The translations under genes and the position numbers were made by a program. A DNA stretch of 36,370 nt, taken from NCBI GenBank assembly GCA_017445365.1, contig JAFSUH010000183.1, positions 1 to 36,370 on the forward strand. Direction: 5' to 3'. The number at the start of each line of letters is the position of its first letter. Positions within the stretch are counted from its first letter, which is position 1. The stretch is from Kiritimatiellia bacterium. GTDB taxonomy: Bacteria; Verrucomicrobiota; Kiritimatiellia; CAIQIC01; Lenti-01. The notes under the pieces were generated by a model, which was given only the letters and a program-made list of their open reading frames with translations, ran no database searches and was not told where the DNA came from. Shown here in pieces: positions 27,915-36,370 of this stretch.

Positions 27915-28700
27915 ATGCTCACCACCAAACGCTTCGATTACGTCCCCTACGACGCACTCCGCCAGCACCCCTCCATCCTCAACCACCGCCCCCTCAACCT
28001 CTCCAAGGTCGACCACTACGCCGAGGACATCCTCGTCAACGGCCTGCTCGAACCGCTCGTCGTCTGGGAGCGCAACCCCGGCGAGTTCTACCTCGTCGGC
28101 GGCTTCCACCGCTACAACGCCATCGCGAAGATCCGCGCCGCCCACCCCGGGTACTTCGACCGCATCGACGTGCGCGTCGTCCACGGCGACCTCGACGAAA
28201 TCCAGGCCCTCAACCTCAAGCTCAACGCCGACCGCCTCGACGCGCGCATCACCGATTACTTCGACGCGATCGTCTTCATGTCCAACGCCGGCTGGAACAC
28301 CGCGCGCATCGCCTCGTTCCTCGACAAGTCGCCCGCGTGGGTGGACGACATCCTCCGGTACGCGCCGAAGCTCGACGGCCGCGTCCGCCGCCTGCTCGAA
28401 GAAGGCAAGATTCCCTGGGCGCGCGCCAAGGCCATCACCAAGAAGGTGCTCGCGTCCGAACCGGGCAGGGAGCGCGAGACGCTGGAAGCGGAACTCGCGG
28501 CGTTGAACGGCTTCGCCCTCAAGCCGAAGAAGCTCCTCACCTTCCGGCGCGCGACGAGCCGCCTGGAAAAGGCCGGCAAGCAGACGTACTCGCTCTCCGG
28601 CGCGGACCTCGCGGCGCTCCTGAAGCTCGTCCGCGGCAAGGAAGTGGACGACGCCTCCCTCGCGCGCGTCCGCAAGGCCCTGCCGGGCCTCTTCCAGTAG
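27915..28700 (+). CDS. ParB/Srx N-terminal domain protein with HTH-like region
   Basis: AAGGA RBS. ILVNGLLEPLVVW...YLVGGFHRYNA is the ParB-type nucleotide-binding motif. WNTARIASFLDKSPAWVDDIL is HTH-like. Confidence 0.8.
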   Translation: MLTTKRFDYVPYDALRQHPSILNHRPLNLSKVDHYAEDILVNGLLEPLVVWERNPGEFYLVGGFHRYNAIAKIRAAHPGYFDRIDVRVVHGDLDEIQALNLKLNADRLDARITDYFDAIVFMSNAGWNTARIASFLDKSPAWVDDILRYAPKLDGRVRRLLEEGKIPWARAKAITKKVLASEPGRERETLEAELAALNGFALKPKKLLTFRRATSRLEKAGKQTYSLSGADLAALLKLVRGKEVDDASLARVRKALPGLFQ

Positions 28701-28729
28701 CGCGCGGCGCCAGCCCCCGGCTCCAGGCG

Positions 28730-28855
28730 TTTTGCCAATCCTTGGCAAAACCGGGTCGTTTTTGCCAATGTTCGGCAAAATGAACCCCGCGTAAAGGCAA
28801 ATGATTTTGCCAATGTTCGGCAAATTTGCACGATTTTTGCCAATGTTTGGCAAAA
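28730..28855. repeat. Two paired palindrome elements (four palindromes) between convergent genes
   Basis: Units at 28730-28750, 28759-28780, 28805-28824 and 28834-28855, consensus TTTTGCCAATGTTYGGCAAAA. Confidence 0.9.
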
Positions 28856-28929
28856 TGCAAAAAATCGCGCGTCCTTGCTTCTTTCCTTCTTGCTTCGCGT
28901 GGCCTGCGGCGGCATCCCGCCGCCGCACG

Positions 28930-29754
28930 CTACGCGTTGCCCCGCGGCTTGGGGAAGCGGCCGACGAGCGCGTCCGAGGCGATTTTCTTCGCTTCGTCGC
29001 CGAAGTCCGCCTTGAGCATCCAGCGGAGGAATCCCGGTTCGTTCCGCGCGACGTCCTTCAGGGGGCGGCCGGAATTCTTGCCGAAGTTGAGCACGACTTC
29101 GCCGTTCTGCCAGCGGAACTTCCGCTCGCGGTCCACGAGCGAGGGGTCGGGCGGGACGGAATACTCGTAGAGCGAGGCGACCGTCGTCGGCAGGTCGCCG
29201 TAACGCCGGAACTGCCCCGAAAGCACTTCCACCGTGGCGATGGCGTCGCCCATCGCGTCGTGCGCTTCGGCGTGGTCTTCGCCGCAGTAGAACTTGAGCG
29301 CCGCGGAAAGCGTGCGCGGCTCGCGCTTGAAGTAGATGCGCTGGACGTCGAGGATGTCGCGGCCGGAGACCTTGAACTCCATGCCCGCGCGCGCGAACTC
29401 GCAGCAGAGCAGGTCGATGTCGTACCCGAGGATGTTGTAGCCGCCCAGGTCGCACCCTTCGAGGTCCTTCCTGACGACGGGCGCGAGGTCCGCGAAGGTC
29501 GGCGCGTCGGCGACGTCGGCGTCGGAAATCCCGTGGATGGCGGTGGCTTCCGCGGGGATGGGAACGGTGGGGTTGACGAGGTAGTAGATGCGCCGCGGGG
29601 CCGCCTCGGCGCCGGGCTCGTAGCGGAGGATGGCGACGGAAACGATGCGGTCGGTCTTCTTGTTGAGGCCCGTCGCTTCGAGGTCGAAGAAGGCGAGCGG
29701 GCGGGAAAGGCGCAACCCCGGCGGCAGCGCGGGAAGGGAAAGGTCGGTAGTCAT
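28930..29754 (-). CDS. DEDDh 3'-5' exonuclease (DnaQ / DNA polymerase III epsilon-like)
   Basis: ExoI FFDLEATG, AIHGISD, ExoII GYNILGYDI, ExoIII AHDAMGD, C-terminal NFGKNSG. Confidence 0.9.
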   Translation of the reverse strand: MTTDLSLPALPPGLRLSRPLAFFDLEATGLNKKTDRIVSVAILRYEPGAEAAPRRIYYLVNPTVPIPAEATAIHGISDADVADAPTFADLAPVVRKDLEGCDLGGYNILGYDIDLLCCEFARAGMEFKVSGRDILDVQRIYFKREPRTLSAALKFYCGEDHAEAHDAMGDAIATVEVLSGQFRRYGDLPTTVASLYEYSVPPDPSLVDRERKFRWQNGEVVLNFGKNSGRPLKDVARNEPGFLRWMLKADFGDEAKKIASDALVGRFPKPRGNA

Positions 29755-30056
29755 GGTCCGGCGAGTCTACACCCCCCCCGCCCCCCGACGCAAACCGGGT
29801 GCCGGATGCAACGCGCGGGCCGCGCCCGGACGTGACCAAGGGAATCGCCATCAACGAGCATTTGGTGCGCCACGGGCCAAGTTGAGCATCGCCGACGAGT
29901 GGCAGCGCTTCGGCCGCCGGCAGGTGGACGGCGCGGAAGCGGCCCCGGACGGAGACGCGCCGTCGCCCCCCAGCGGCAGGACGGCGGGTTGCCGGGCTTC
30001 GGCAACTTCGGGCGGGATTTGTCCGCCCCCTTCTCCGGCAGACAAGGCCCAGGGCG

Positions 30057-30129
30057 AAAAAGCGGGACCGGCGAACCGGTCCCCAGTCTTAAAACGACTT
30101 CGGCATGTAGCCTTGTTGTGATAAGATGC
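30057..30129 (-). ncRNA. tracrRNA, predicted ~73 nt; 5' end inferred
   Basis: The minus strand reads GCATCTTATCACAAC (anti-repeat to GTTGTGATTTGATGC), nexus AAGGCTACATGCCG, hairpin AGTC-GTTTTAA-GACT, terminator GGGACCGG-TTCG-CCGGTCCC-GCTTTTT. Confidence 0.85.
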
Positions 30130-30135
30130 AGATGC

Positions 30136-30163
30136 ATTCAAACAGACGACTTAGAAATGTCAA
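30136..30163 (-). promoter_or_regulatory. Putative tracrRNA promoter
   Basis: TTGACA(30163-30158)-16 nt-TTGAAT. Predicts a start near 30129, the first base of the anti-repeat. Confidence 0.5.
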
Positions 30164-30182
30164 GAAAACCTTGGAGAAAACC

Positions 30183-33100
30183 ATGAAGAAAGCGTTGGGT
30201 CTCGATTTGGGGAGCAACTCGCTCGGTTGGGCGATTCTGGACAACGACACGGGGGCCATCCTCGATTCGGGCGTGCTGGTGTTCCCGGAGGGCATCAACC
30301 CCGCCGATGATTCACTGCAGACGCCCGCCGCCATACGCCGGGCCGCGCGCATGGCCCGCCGCATCAAGTTCCACCGGAAAATCCGCAAGTGGCAACTGCT
30401 CTCCGTCCTGCTGGAGCACGGGATGTGTCCAATCACGAAGGAGGAGCTGGCGGCCTGGAAAGCCCACGGGTGCTATCCCACGGCTAACCAGGCGTTCATC
30501 CGCTGGCTGAAGGCGACCGACGCGAGCAATCCCTACTGCGACCGCGCGGCGGCGGCGTCCGGGCCGGTAGCGCCGGAAGTGCTGGGCCGGGCGCTCTACC
30601 ACCTCGCGCAGCGCCGCGGCTTCAAGAGTTCCCGCAAGGATGCGGCGGAGGCGGACGCCGACGGGGGCGACGACCGCAGCGAAACCGGGAAGGTCAAGAC
30701 GGGCATCCAGGCCCTGACGACGGAAATCCGCGCCTCGGGTTGCAAGACGCTGGGGCAGTACTTCCGGAAGTGCCTCGAAGAGGACCGCCGCAAGCCCGCC
30801 AAGCGCCGCATCCGCGCCCGCTACACGGGCCGAATCGAACACTACGAAGCGGAATTCGCAGCCATCATGGACGCCCAGGGCGCAACCATCACCCCGGACC
30901 TCCGCGAAAGCCTGCACAAGGCGATTTTCTACCAGCGGCCGCTCCGTCCGCAGACCCATCTCGTCGGGCCGTGCCTCCTCGAACCGAAGAGTCCGCGCGC
31001 GCAAATCGCGCATCCGGCGTTCGAAGAGTTCCGGATGCTGGCGTTCATCAACAACCTGACGCTGGAAGACGCCGCCGGCGAGTGGCGTGACGCCGTGGGG
31101 AATCCGCTGTATCCGCTGACCGCGGCGGACCGGGCGCTCGTCCGCAAGGCGTTCATGAAAGCCTCGCCGACCTTCAAGTTCGGGGACATCGCCAAGCTCT
31201 TCAAGAAGGACCCGCGCTTCAAGCGGGACCACCTGCGCTTCCATTACTACCGCAACGAGGAAACGCTCCCCAGTTGCATGCTCCTCCACCGCCTCGGGGA
31301 CATCTTCGGAAAGGGGGACGACGCCGACCCGTTCTCCTACCAGGCCGAATTCGACGCCCTGACCTTCCATGACGACACCGACAAACTGCGCGCTTGGCTG
31401 GCGAAGCACCATCCCGAGCTCCCCGAAGACGCCGCCGAACGCTTCCTGAAGCTCCGCCCGCGCGAAGGAAACGCCCAGTATTCCCTGAAGGCGATCCGCC
31501 GCATCCTTCCCTATCTCCGCGAGGGCCACGTCCTCTCCGACGCCCGCTTCTTCGCCAAGCTGGCCGACATCATCCCCGACTTCGCCGCCCGCAAGGACAG
31601 CATCCTGCGCGCCCTGCTCGACATCGAAGAAGCCTACCGCCGCGAGCGCGCCAACCGCTCCCGCGAAGGCGCCGCGCGCGACCAAGCCCCGCTCGTTCCC
31701 CTGATGGACCGCTGGCGCGCCTGGCTCGAAAAAACCTGCGGCGTGGACGAGGAGAAGTGGAAGCGCCTCTACCTGCGCGACGAAAGCCCCTACGCCCCCC
31801 AGACCGAAAACCGCGGCACGCCCCTTGCCAAGCCGCGCCTGCCGCGCGTCGAGCTTGGCATGATCCGCAACCCCCTCGTGCAGCGCTCCATGACAACCCT
31901 CCGCCGCCTCGTCAACTACCTCGGCGACCACGGCAAAATCGACCCCTCCACCACCATCCGCATCGAACTCGCCCGCAACGTCAACGACTACGCCACCCGC
32001 AAGGCTTGGCAAGCTTGGCAGAAGAAGCGGCAGGACCAGCGCGAAGACGCCCGGAAAGCCATTGCCGAGGCCGGCACCGCCCCGACCGAAGACCTCGTCG
32101 ACCGCTACATCCTCTGGCAGGAACAGGGGTGCAAGTGCCTCTACACCGACAGGAGCATCTCCCTGACGGATTTGCTGAACGTCTCGCGGAACGCCCCCTT
32201 CGACATCGAACACACCATTCCCCGGAGCCAGTCCGGCGACGACTCCCTGGCCAACAAGACCCTCTGCGAGATGGCCTACAACCGCCAGACCAAGAAAGGC
32301 CGCATCCCCCGCGATTGCCCCAACTGGGACGAAATCGAACTCCGCCTCCAGCCGTGGCGCGAAAAGCTCGAACAGCTGGAGAAGGGCGTCAAATCCGCCC
32401 AGGGCAAGGCCCGTGCCGCAACCGACCCCCAGGCCCGCGCCAACGCCCGCATCAAGGCCCTCTCCCTGCGCTTCGAACGCGACTACTGGCGCGACAAACT
32501 GCGCCGCTTCGACGCCACGCGCGAACAGCTTGCCTTCGGTACCGGGGAACTGGCCGGATTCAAGAAACGCCAGCTCGTCGATACCGGCATCATGGCCCGC
32601 CACGCCGTCGCCCTCCTCAAGTGCCTCTACCCGCACACCTACCCCGTCAACGGCACCGCCACCGCCTTCGCCCGCAAGGCCTGGGGCATCCAGACCGACG
32701 AAGCCAAGGACCGCAACGAGCACACCCACCACGCCACCGACGCCATGGTCATCGCCGCCTTGAGCCCCGCCCGCTTCAACGCCATCTGCTCCGCCCTCAA
32801 GGACGACGGCCGCGACCGCCGCCGCCCGTGCGACATCTGCCCGCCGCCCTACCGCGACTTCGCCCAAACCGTGCGCCAGGCCACCGACCGCATCCCTGTC
32901 AAACACATCCTCCGCCAGACCACCCTGCGCCAGAGTGCCAAGCGCAATGTTCTCGCCAAAGCCCACGCCCCCAAGGGCAACCCCGACGGCAAGCCCGTCA
33001 AGGCCGTCCTCTCCCGCGGCGATACCGTGCGCGGCGCGCTCCACAAAGACACCTTCTACGGCTGCATCCGGGTCCCGGGAAGCGCCGAAAAGAAATTCGT

Positions 33101-33869
33101 CGTCCGCAAGCCCCTGGAAGGGAAACTCTCCGACATCAAGGCCCTCGCGGGCAGCATCGTGGACCCGACCATCCGCGCCATCGTGGAAGCCGCCGTCCAA
33201 TCCGCCGAAGCCTCCGGCAAGACCGCCTTCCTCGCGGGAGAGATCGCCATGCCCTCCGGCGTCCCCATCCGCCGCGTGCGGGTGTATGCCTCGTCTTCCG
33301 TCGGCCCGGTCCGTTTGCGCGACCATGCCATGCCATCCCGGCACGACCACAAGACTCCCTACTACGTTTCGACCGCCGAAGGCAGCAATTTCCGGCTGGA
33401 CTTGTTCCTGAAAAACGGACGCTTTTCGGCCGTTCCAGACAATTCCCTCTCGTGGGCGCAGGATCACAAGAAGCCGGAGTTCGTCCCCTTGCACGGACGG
33501 GAGGGATTTCTGGGATACGTCAAGCCCGGCAGCATGGCCTTGGTCCATGCCCCGGACAATCCCGAAGAACTGCGGACGCTCGCACCGGCAAGTCTCCGCA
33601 ATCGCCTTTACAAGGTCGTCAAATTCGAAAAGAATGGACTGATGACCTTGCGTTTTCATGCAGAAGCACGGCCAAGCACGGTCCTGTCTGCAACTTTGTC
33701 GTCGGCGGGCAAACGCGGAAAGGGTGAATCCTCAATTTCATTGGATAGTCCACATGAGCTGTTGAGAATCAGTCCTTCGACCTACCGCAACCAAGTCCTG
33801 TTCGAAGGCATCCATTTCCGGATGCTTCTGGACGGGACCATCCGCTTCCTGGATACGGACAAGGCATGA
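30183..33869 (+). CDS. cas9: Type II-C CRISPR-associated endonuclease Cas9 (1228 aa)
   Basis: RuvC-I GLDLGSNSLGWA, Arg-rich bridge helix, RNPLVQRS, RuvC-II IRIELAR, HNH DIEHTIPRS..DDSLANKTLC...N, RuvC-III HHATDA. GGAG RBS before ATG 30183. Confidence 0.97.
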   Translation: MKKALGLDLGSNSLGWAILDNDTGAILDSGVLVFPEGINPADDSLQTPAAIRRAARMARRIKFHRKIRKWQLLSVLLEHGMCPITKEELAAWKAHGCYPTANQAFIRWLKATDASNPYCDRAAAASGPVAPEVLGRALYHLAQRRGFKSSRKDAAEADADGGDDRSETGKVKTGIQALTTEIRASGCKTLGQYFRKCLEEDRRKPAKRRIRARYTGRIEHYEAEFAAIMDAQGATITPDLRESLHKAIFYQRPLRPQTHLVGPCLLEPKSPRAQIAHPAFEEFRMLAFINNLTLEDAAGEWRDAVGNPLYPLTAADRALVRKAFMKASPTFKFGDIAKLFKKDPRFKRDHLRFHYYRNEETLPSCMLLHRLGDIFGKGDDADPFSYQAEFDALTFHDDTDKLRAWLAKHHPELPEDAAERFLKLRPREGNAQYSLKAIRRILPYLREGHVLSDARFFAKLADIIPDFAARKDSILRALLDIEEAYRRERANRSREGAARDQAPLVPLMDRWRAWLEKTCGVDEEKWKRLYLRDESPYAPQTENRGTPLAKPRLPRVELGMIRNPLVQRSMTTLRRLVNYLGDHGKIDPSTTIRIELARNVNDYATRKAWQAWQKKRQDQREDARKAIAEAGTAPTEDLVDRYILWQEQGCKCLYTDRSISLTDLLNVSRNAPFDIEHTIPRSQSGDDSLANKTLCEMAYNRQTKKGRIPRDCPNWDEIELRLQPWREKLEQLEKGVKSAQGKARAATDPQARANARIKALSLRFERDYWRDKLRRFDATREQLAFGTGELAGFKKRQLVDTGIMARHAVALLKCLYPHTYPVNGTATAFARKAWGIQTDEAKDRNEHTHHATDAMVIAALSPARFNAICSALKDDGRDRRRPCDICPPPYRDFAQTVRQATDRIPVKHILRQTTLRQSAKRNVLAKAHAPKGNPDGKPVKAVLSRGDTVRGALHKDTFYGCIRVPGSAEKKFVVRKPLEGKLSDIKALAGSIVDPTIRAIVEAAVQSAEASGKTAFLAGEIAMPSGVPIRRVRVYASSSVGPVRLRDHAMPSRHDHKTPYYVSTAEGSNFRLDLFLKNGRFSAVPDNSLSWAQDHKKPEFVPLHGREGFLGYVKPGSMALVHAPDNPEELRTLAPASLRNRLYKVVKFEKNGLMTLRFHAEARPSTVLSATLSSAGKRGKGESSISLDSPHELLRISPSTYRNQVLFEGIHFRMLLDGTIRFLDTDKA

Positions 33870-34768
33870 TTGCGAAAACGCTGGCGTTCGGTTCTCCCGG
33901 AAAGTTGAGCCTCAAGGACCGGCAACTGGTCTATGACGGGGAAGACGGCGTCCACCGCACGTTTCCCGTCGAAGACTTGGGGTTCGTGTTCATCGAAACG
34001 GGACGGGTTCTCGTGACTTCCGCCTGCCTGCAAGCCTTGTCGGAAGCCAATGTCGCCGTGGTGGTTTGCGGTCCTTCCCACCTCCCACAGGCCCAGTTGC
34101 TGCCCTTCGAGGCGAACGCCACCATGCAGGAAACCGCGGAAGCCCAGTTGGAAGCGACCCCGGCGGCGCAAGGGCGCCTTTGGAAGCGGATCGTCCAAGC
34201 CAAGCTCCGCAACCAGGCCGCCCTGCTTTCGGCATTGGGACAACCGGGCGGCGGACGCCTCGAAAACTTGGCTTCGGCTGTCAAAAACGGCGATCCCGCC
34301 AACTGCGAGGCGCAGGGGGCGAGGATTTATTTCCAATCGTTGGCCCCCACCGCGGATTTCCGGCGGAACCCGGACGGTGTTTGGCCCAACGCGGCGCTCG
34401 ATTACGGCTACGCCGTCCTGCGGGCCGCCGTCGCCCGCGCGCTCGTGGGCTCCGGACTCGTCTGTTTCCGCGGCATCCACCACCACAACCGCTACAACCC
34501 CTTTTGCCTGGCCGACGACGTGATGGAGGCATACCGTCCTTTTGTCGACCAGTTCGTCTTCGGCCCGGATGCTCCCGCGCGTTCTTCGCCGGATGGCAAG
34601 TTGACCCCGCCTATCAAGGCGGCGCTCCTCTCCTGCCTGACGTGCGATGTCGCCATCGGCGGGCTCAAGCGGCCCTTGATGATTGCCCTTTCGTCCACTT
34701 CGGCGTCGCTCGCCCGGTGTTATCTGGAAAAAACGCCGGACATTTCCTTGCCCGCCTTTCTCCCGTGA
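33866..34768 (+). CDS. cas1: Type II Cas1
   Basis: ATGA overlap with cas9; EAQGARIYF, NAALDYGYAVLRA, GIHHHNRYNPFCLADDVMEAYRP. Confidence 0.95.
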   Translation: MIAKTLAFGSPGKLSLKDRQLVYDGEDGVHRTFPVEDLGFVFIETGRVLVTSACLQALSEANVAVVVCGPSHLPQAQLLPFEANATMQETAEAQLEATPAAQGRLWKRIVQAKLRNQAALLSALGQPGGGRLENLASAVKNGDPANCEAQGARIYFQSLAPTADFRRNPDGVWPNAALDYGYAVLRAAVARALVGSGLVCFRGIHHHNRYNPFCLADDVMEAYRPFVDQFVFGPDAPARSSPDGKLTPPIKAALLSCLTCDVAIGGLKRPLMIALSSTSASLARCYLEKTPDISLPAFLP

Positions 34769-35109
34769 CGCCTTCCCATTCCGCCCTCAACGGTTACGAC
34801 CTGATGTGGCTCTACGTCATGTTCGACTTGCCCGTGGAAACCAAAGCCCAGCGCAAGGCCTCCGCGCGTTTCCGGAAAGACCTCCTGAAAGACGGATTCG
34901 CCATGCACCAGTTTTCCGTGTACATCCGCCATTGCGCTTCCCTGCAATCCGCCGCCGTCCACATCGAGCGCGTCCGGCAACTGGTCCCCGACGAGGGGTT
35001 TGTTTCCGTCCTCAAGGTCACGGACAAACAGTTCGGCGAAACCATCCACATCCAAGGCCGTAGGGCCAAACCACCGCCCCCTTCTCCGGCGCAGCTCGAG
35101 CTTTTTTGA
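34765..35109 (+). CDS. cas2: Cas2
   Basis: GTGA overlap with cas1; MWLYVMFDLPVET, FRKDLLKDGF.M.QFSVYIR, TDKQF, QLELF. Confidence 0.95.
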   Translation: MTPSHSALNGYDLMWLYVMFDLPVETKAQRKASARFRKDLLKDGFAMHQFSVYIRHCASLQSAAVHIERVRQLVPDEGFVSVLKVTDKQFGETIHIQGRRAKPPPPSPAQLELF

Positions 35110-35212
35110 GAAAAATCGGCAGGACGGGCTCGAATTTGGCCTTGCCCGCCTCTTTTCTCCCGTCCCAAATCATTGAGAAATGACGGACACCAAAGGTGTT
35201 TCAAACACCAAT

Positions 35213-36367
35213 AGTGTACGTCATTCTCAAAGAGCATCAAATCACAACGGTCGCGATCGACACGGCGACGGAAGCCAAGTGTACGTCATTCTCAAAGAGC
35301 ATCAAATCACAACGTTATCGGAGTCGAGGATACGTATCTTACTAGTGTACGTCATTCTCAAAGAGCATCAAATCACAACCATGCGCGCCCATTTGCGCGA
35401 GCAGGCGTTAGTGTACGTCATTCTCAAAGAGCATCAAATCACAACGCGTTGCGGAAAACCGCCTTTCGAGGCTCGAGTGTACGTCATTCTCAAAGAGCAT
35501 CAAATCACAACTGAGGGGGGCGCCCATGCGGCGGGCGGCGGAGTGTACGTCATTCTCAAAGAGCATCAAATCACAACATGTTGGTCATGCACAGCACCAG
35601 GCCGCAAAGTGTACGTCATTCTCAAAGAGCATCAAATCACAACTGGGGGTGGCGCGGAGGTGCCAGCGGTCGAAGTGTACGTCATTCTCAAAGAGCATCA
35701 AATCACAACGCCGCAGCACGTGGGCGTGCAGGACCTGGAGTGTACGTCATTCTCAAAGAGCATCAAATCACAACCCAGCTCGAACTTGGTGGGAGCGAGG
35801 CGGAAGTGTACGTCATTCTCAAAGAGCATCAAATCACAACAGCTCGTCCTACGACCCGATCGCGCAGATCAGTGTACGTCATTCTCAAAGAGCATCAAAT
35901 CACAACCCTGGAGCACCATGATTGGCAGGGCGCCACAGTGTACGTCATTCTCAAAGAGCATCAAATCACAACTTTTTTCTTGACATGGTTTTCCACTAAA
36001 TAGTGTACGTCATTCTCAAAGAGCATCAAATCACAACGAGGCGGTGGCGGTGGCGTGCTGCCCGGCAAGTGTACGTCATTCTCAAAGAGCATCAAATCAC
36101 AACGAGGGGAGCGAGCGGAACTGCGACCCGAAGAGTGTACGTCATTCTCAAAGAGCATCAAATCACAACCGGCGTACTTCGCCGCAACGGCATGCACCTA
36201 GTGTACGTCATTCTCAAAGAGCATCAAATCACAACGTTCTGGCGTGTGGAGATGCAACAGCGCAAAGTGTACGTCATTCTCAAAGAGCATCAAATCACAA
36301 CATCCAAGCCCTGCTTGGGAAGTCCAAGAAGAGTGTACGTCATTCTCAAAGAGCATCAAATCACAAC
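35213..36367 (-). CRISPR. Type II-C CRISPR array: 18 identical 36-nt repeats and 17 complete spacers (29-30 nt); continues past the window
   Basis: The plus-strand repeat is AGTGTACGTCATTCTCAAAGAGCATCAAATCACAAC. The crRNA orientation GTTGTGATTTGATGCTCTTTGAGAATGACGTACACT (minus strand) is inferred from tracrRNA complementarity. No csn2 or cas4 lies between cas2 and the array. Confidence 0.98.
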
Positions 36368-36370
36368 TGA

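Noticed and set aside
29829-29911. Short coding-like stretch between the exonuclease and the tracrRNA (DVTKGIAINEHLVR / AKLSIADEWQRF in two frames)
   Set aside because: Could be a gene remnant, but it is too short to assign and has no start, RBS or recognisable family.
30126-30182. Longer Cas9 N-terminus from ATG 30126; likewise extended starts for the CotH gene (822), the MTase (16600) and cas2 (34066)
   Set aside because: The extensions overlap the tracrRNA/promoter region or neighbouring genes. Domain boundaries and RBS positions favour 30183, 1071, 16543 and 34765.
35180-36370. ORFs with repeating VYVILKEHQITT / SVRHSQRASNHN peptides
   Set aside because: Translations of the CRISPR repeats.

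Overview
High-GC bacterial chromosome segment. The lineage is probably PVC/Kiritimatiellia-like, inferred from the secreted-protein architecture and not verified. Left to right: a partial membrane-protein gene, a 1658-aa secreted CotH-kinase protein with four internal repeats, and fucO. Next is a ~13.3-kb minus-strand defence island: MORC-like GHKL ATPase/histidine kinase fusion, receiver protein, C5 DNA methyltransferase, HEPN-like ORF, McrB-like NTPase, Schlafen/AlbA_2 protein, DUF2357/PD-(D/E)XK McrC-like nuclease, AAA_14 ATPase bracketed by a duplicated vsr 5' end, and vsr. Then come a second AAA_14 ATPase, tRNA-Arg(CCG), tRNA-Gln(CTG), ptsP, a secreted Gly-rich repeat protein, an orphan ParB-like gene and a DnaQ-like exonuclease. 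The window ends in a type II-C CRISPR-Cas9 locus with a short tracrRNA, cas9-cas1-cas2 and at least 18 repeats, truncated at the window edge. A family of paired ~21-bp palindromes occupies several intergenic regions. The best candidate for an undescribed system is the phosphorelay-coupled methylase/McrBC-like island, whose low-GC regulatory block appears to have recombined into the middle of mcrB. All family assignments come from motif recognition by eye; no database searches were run.
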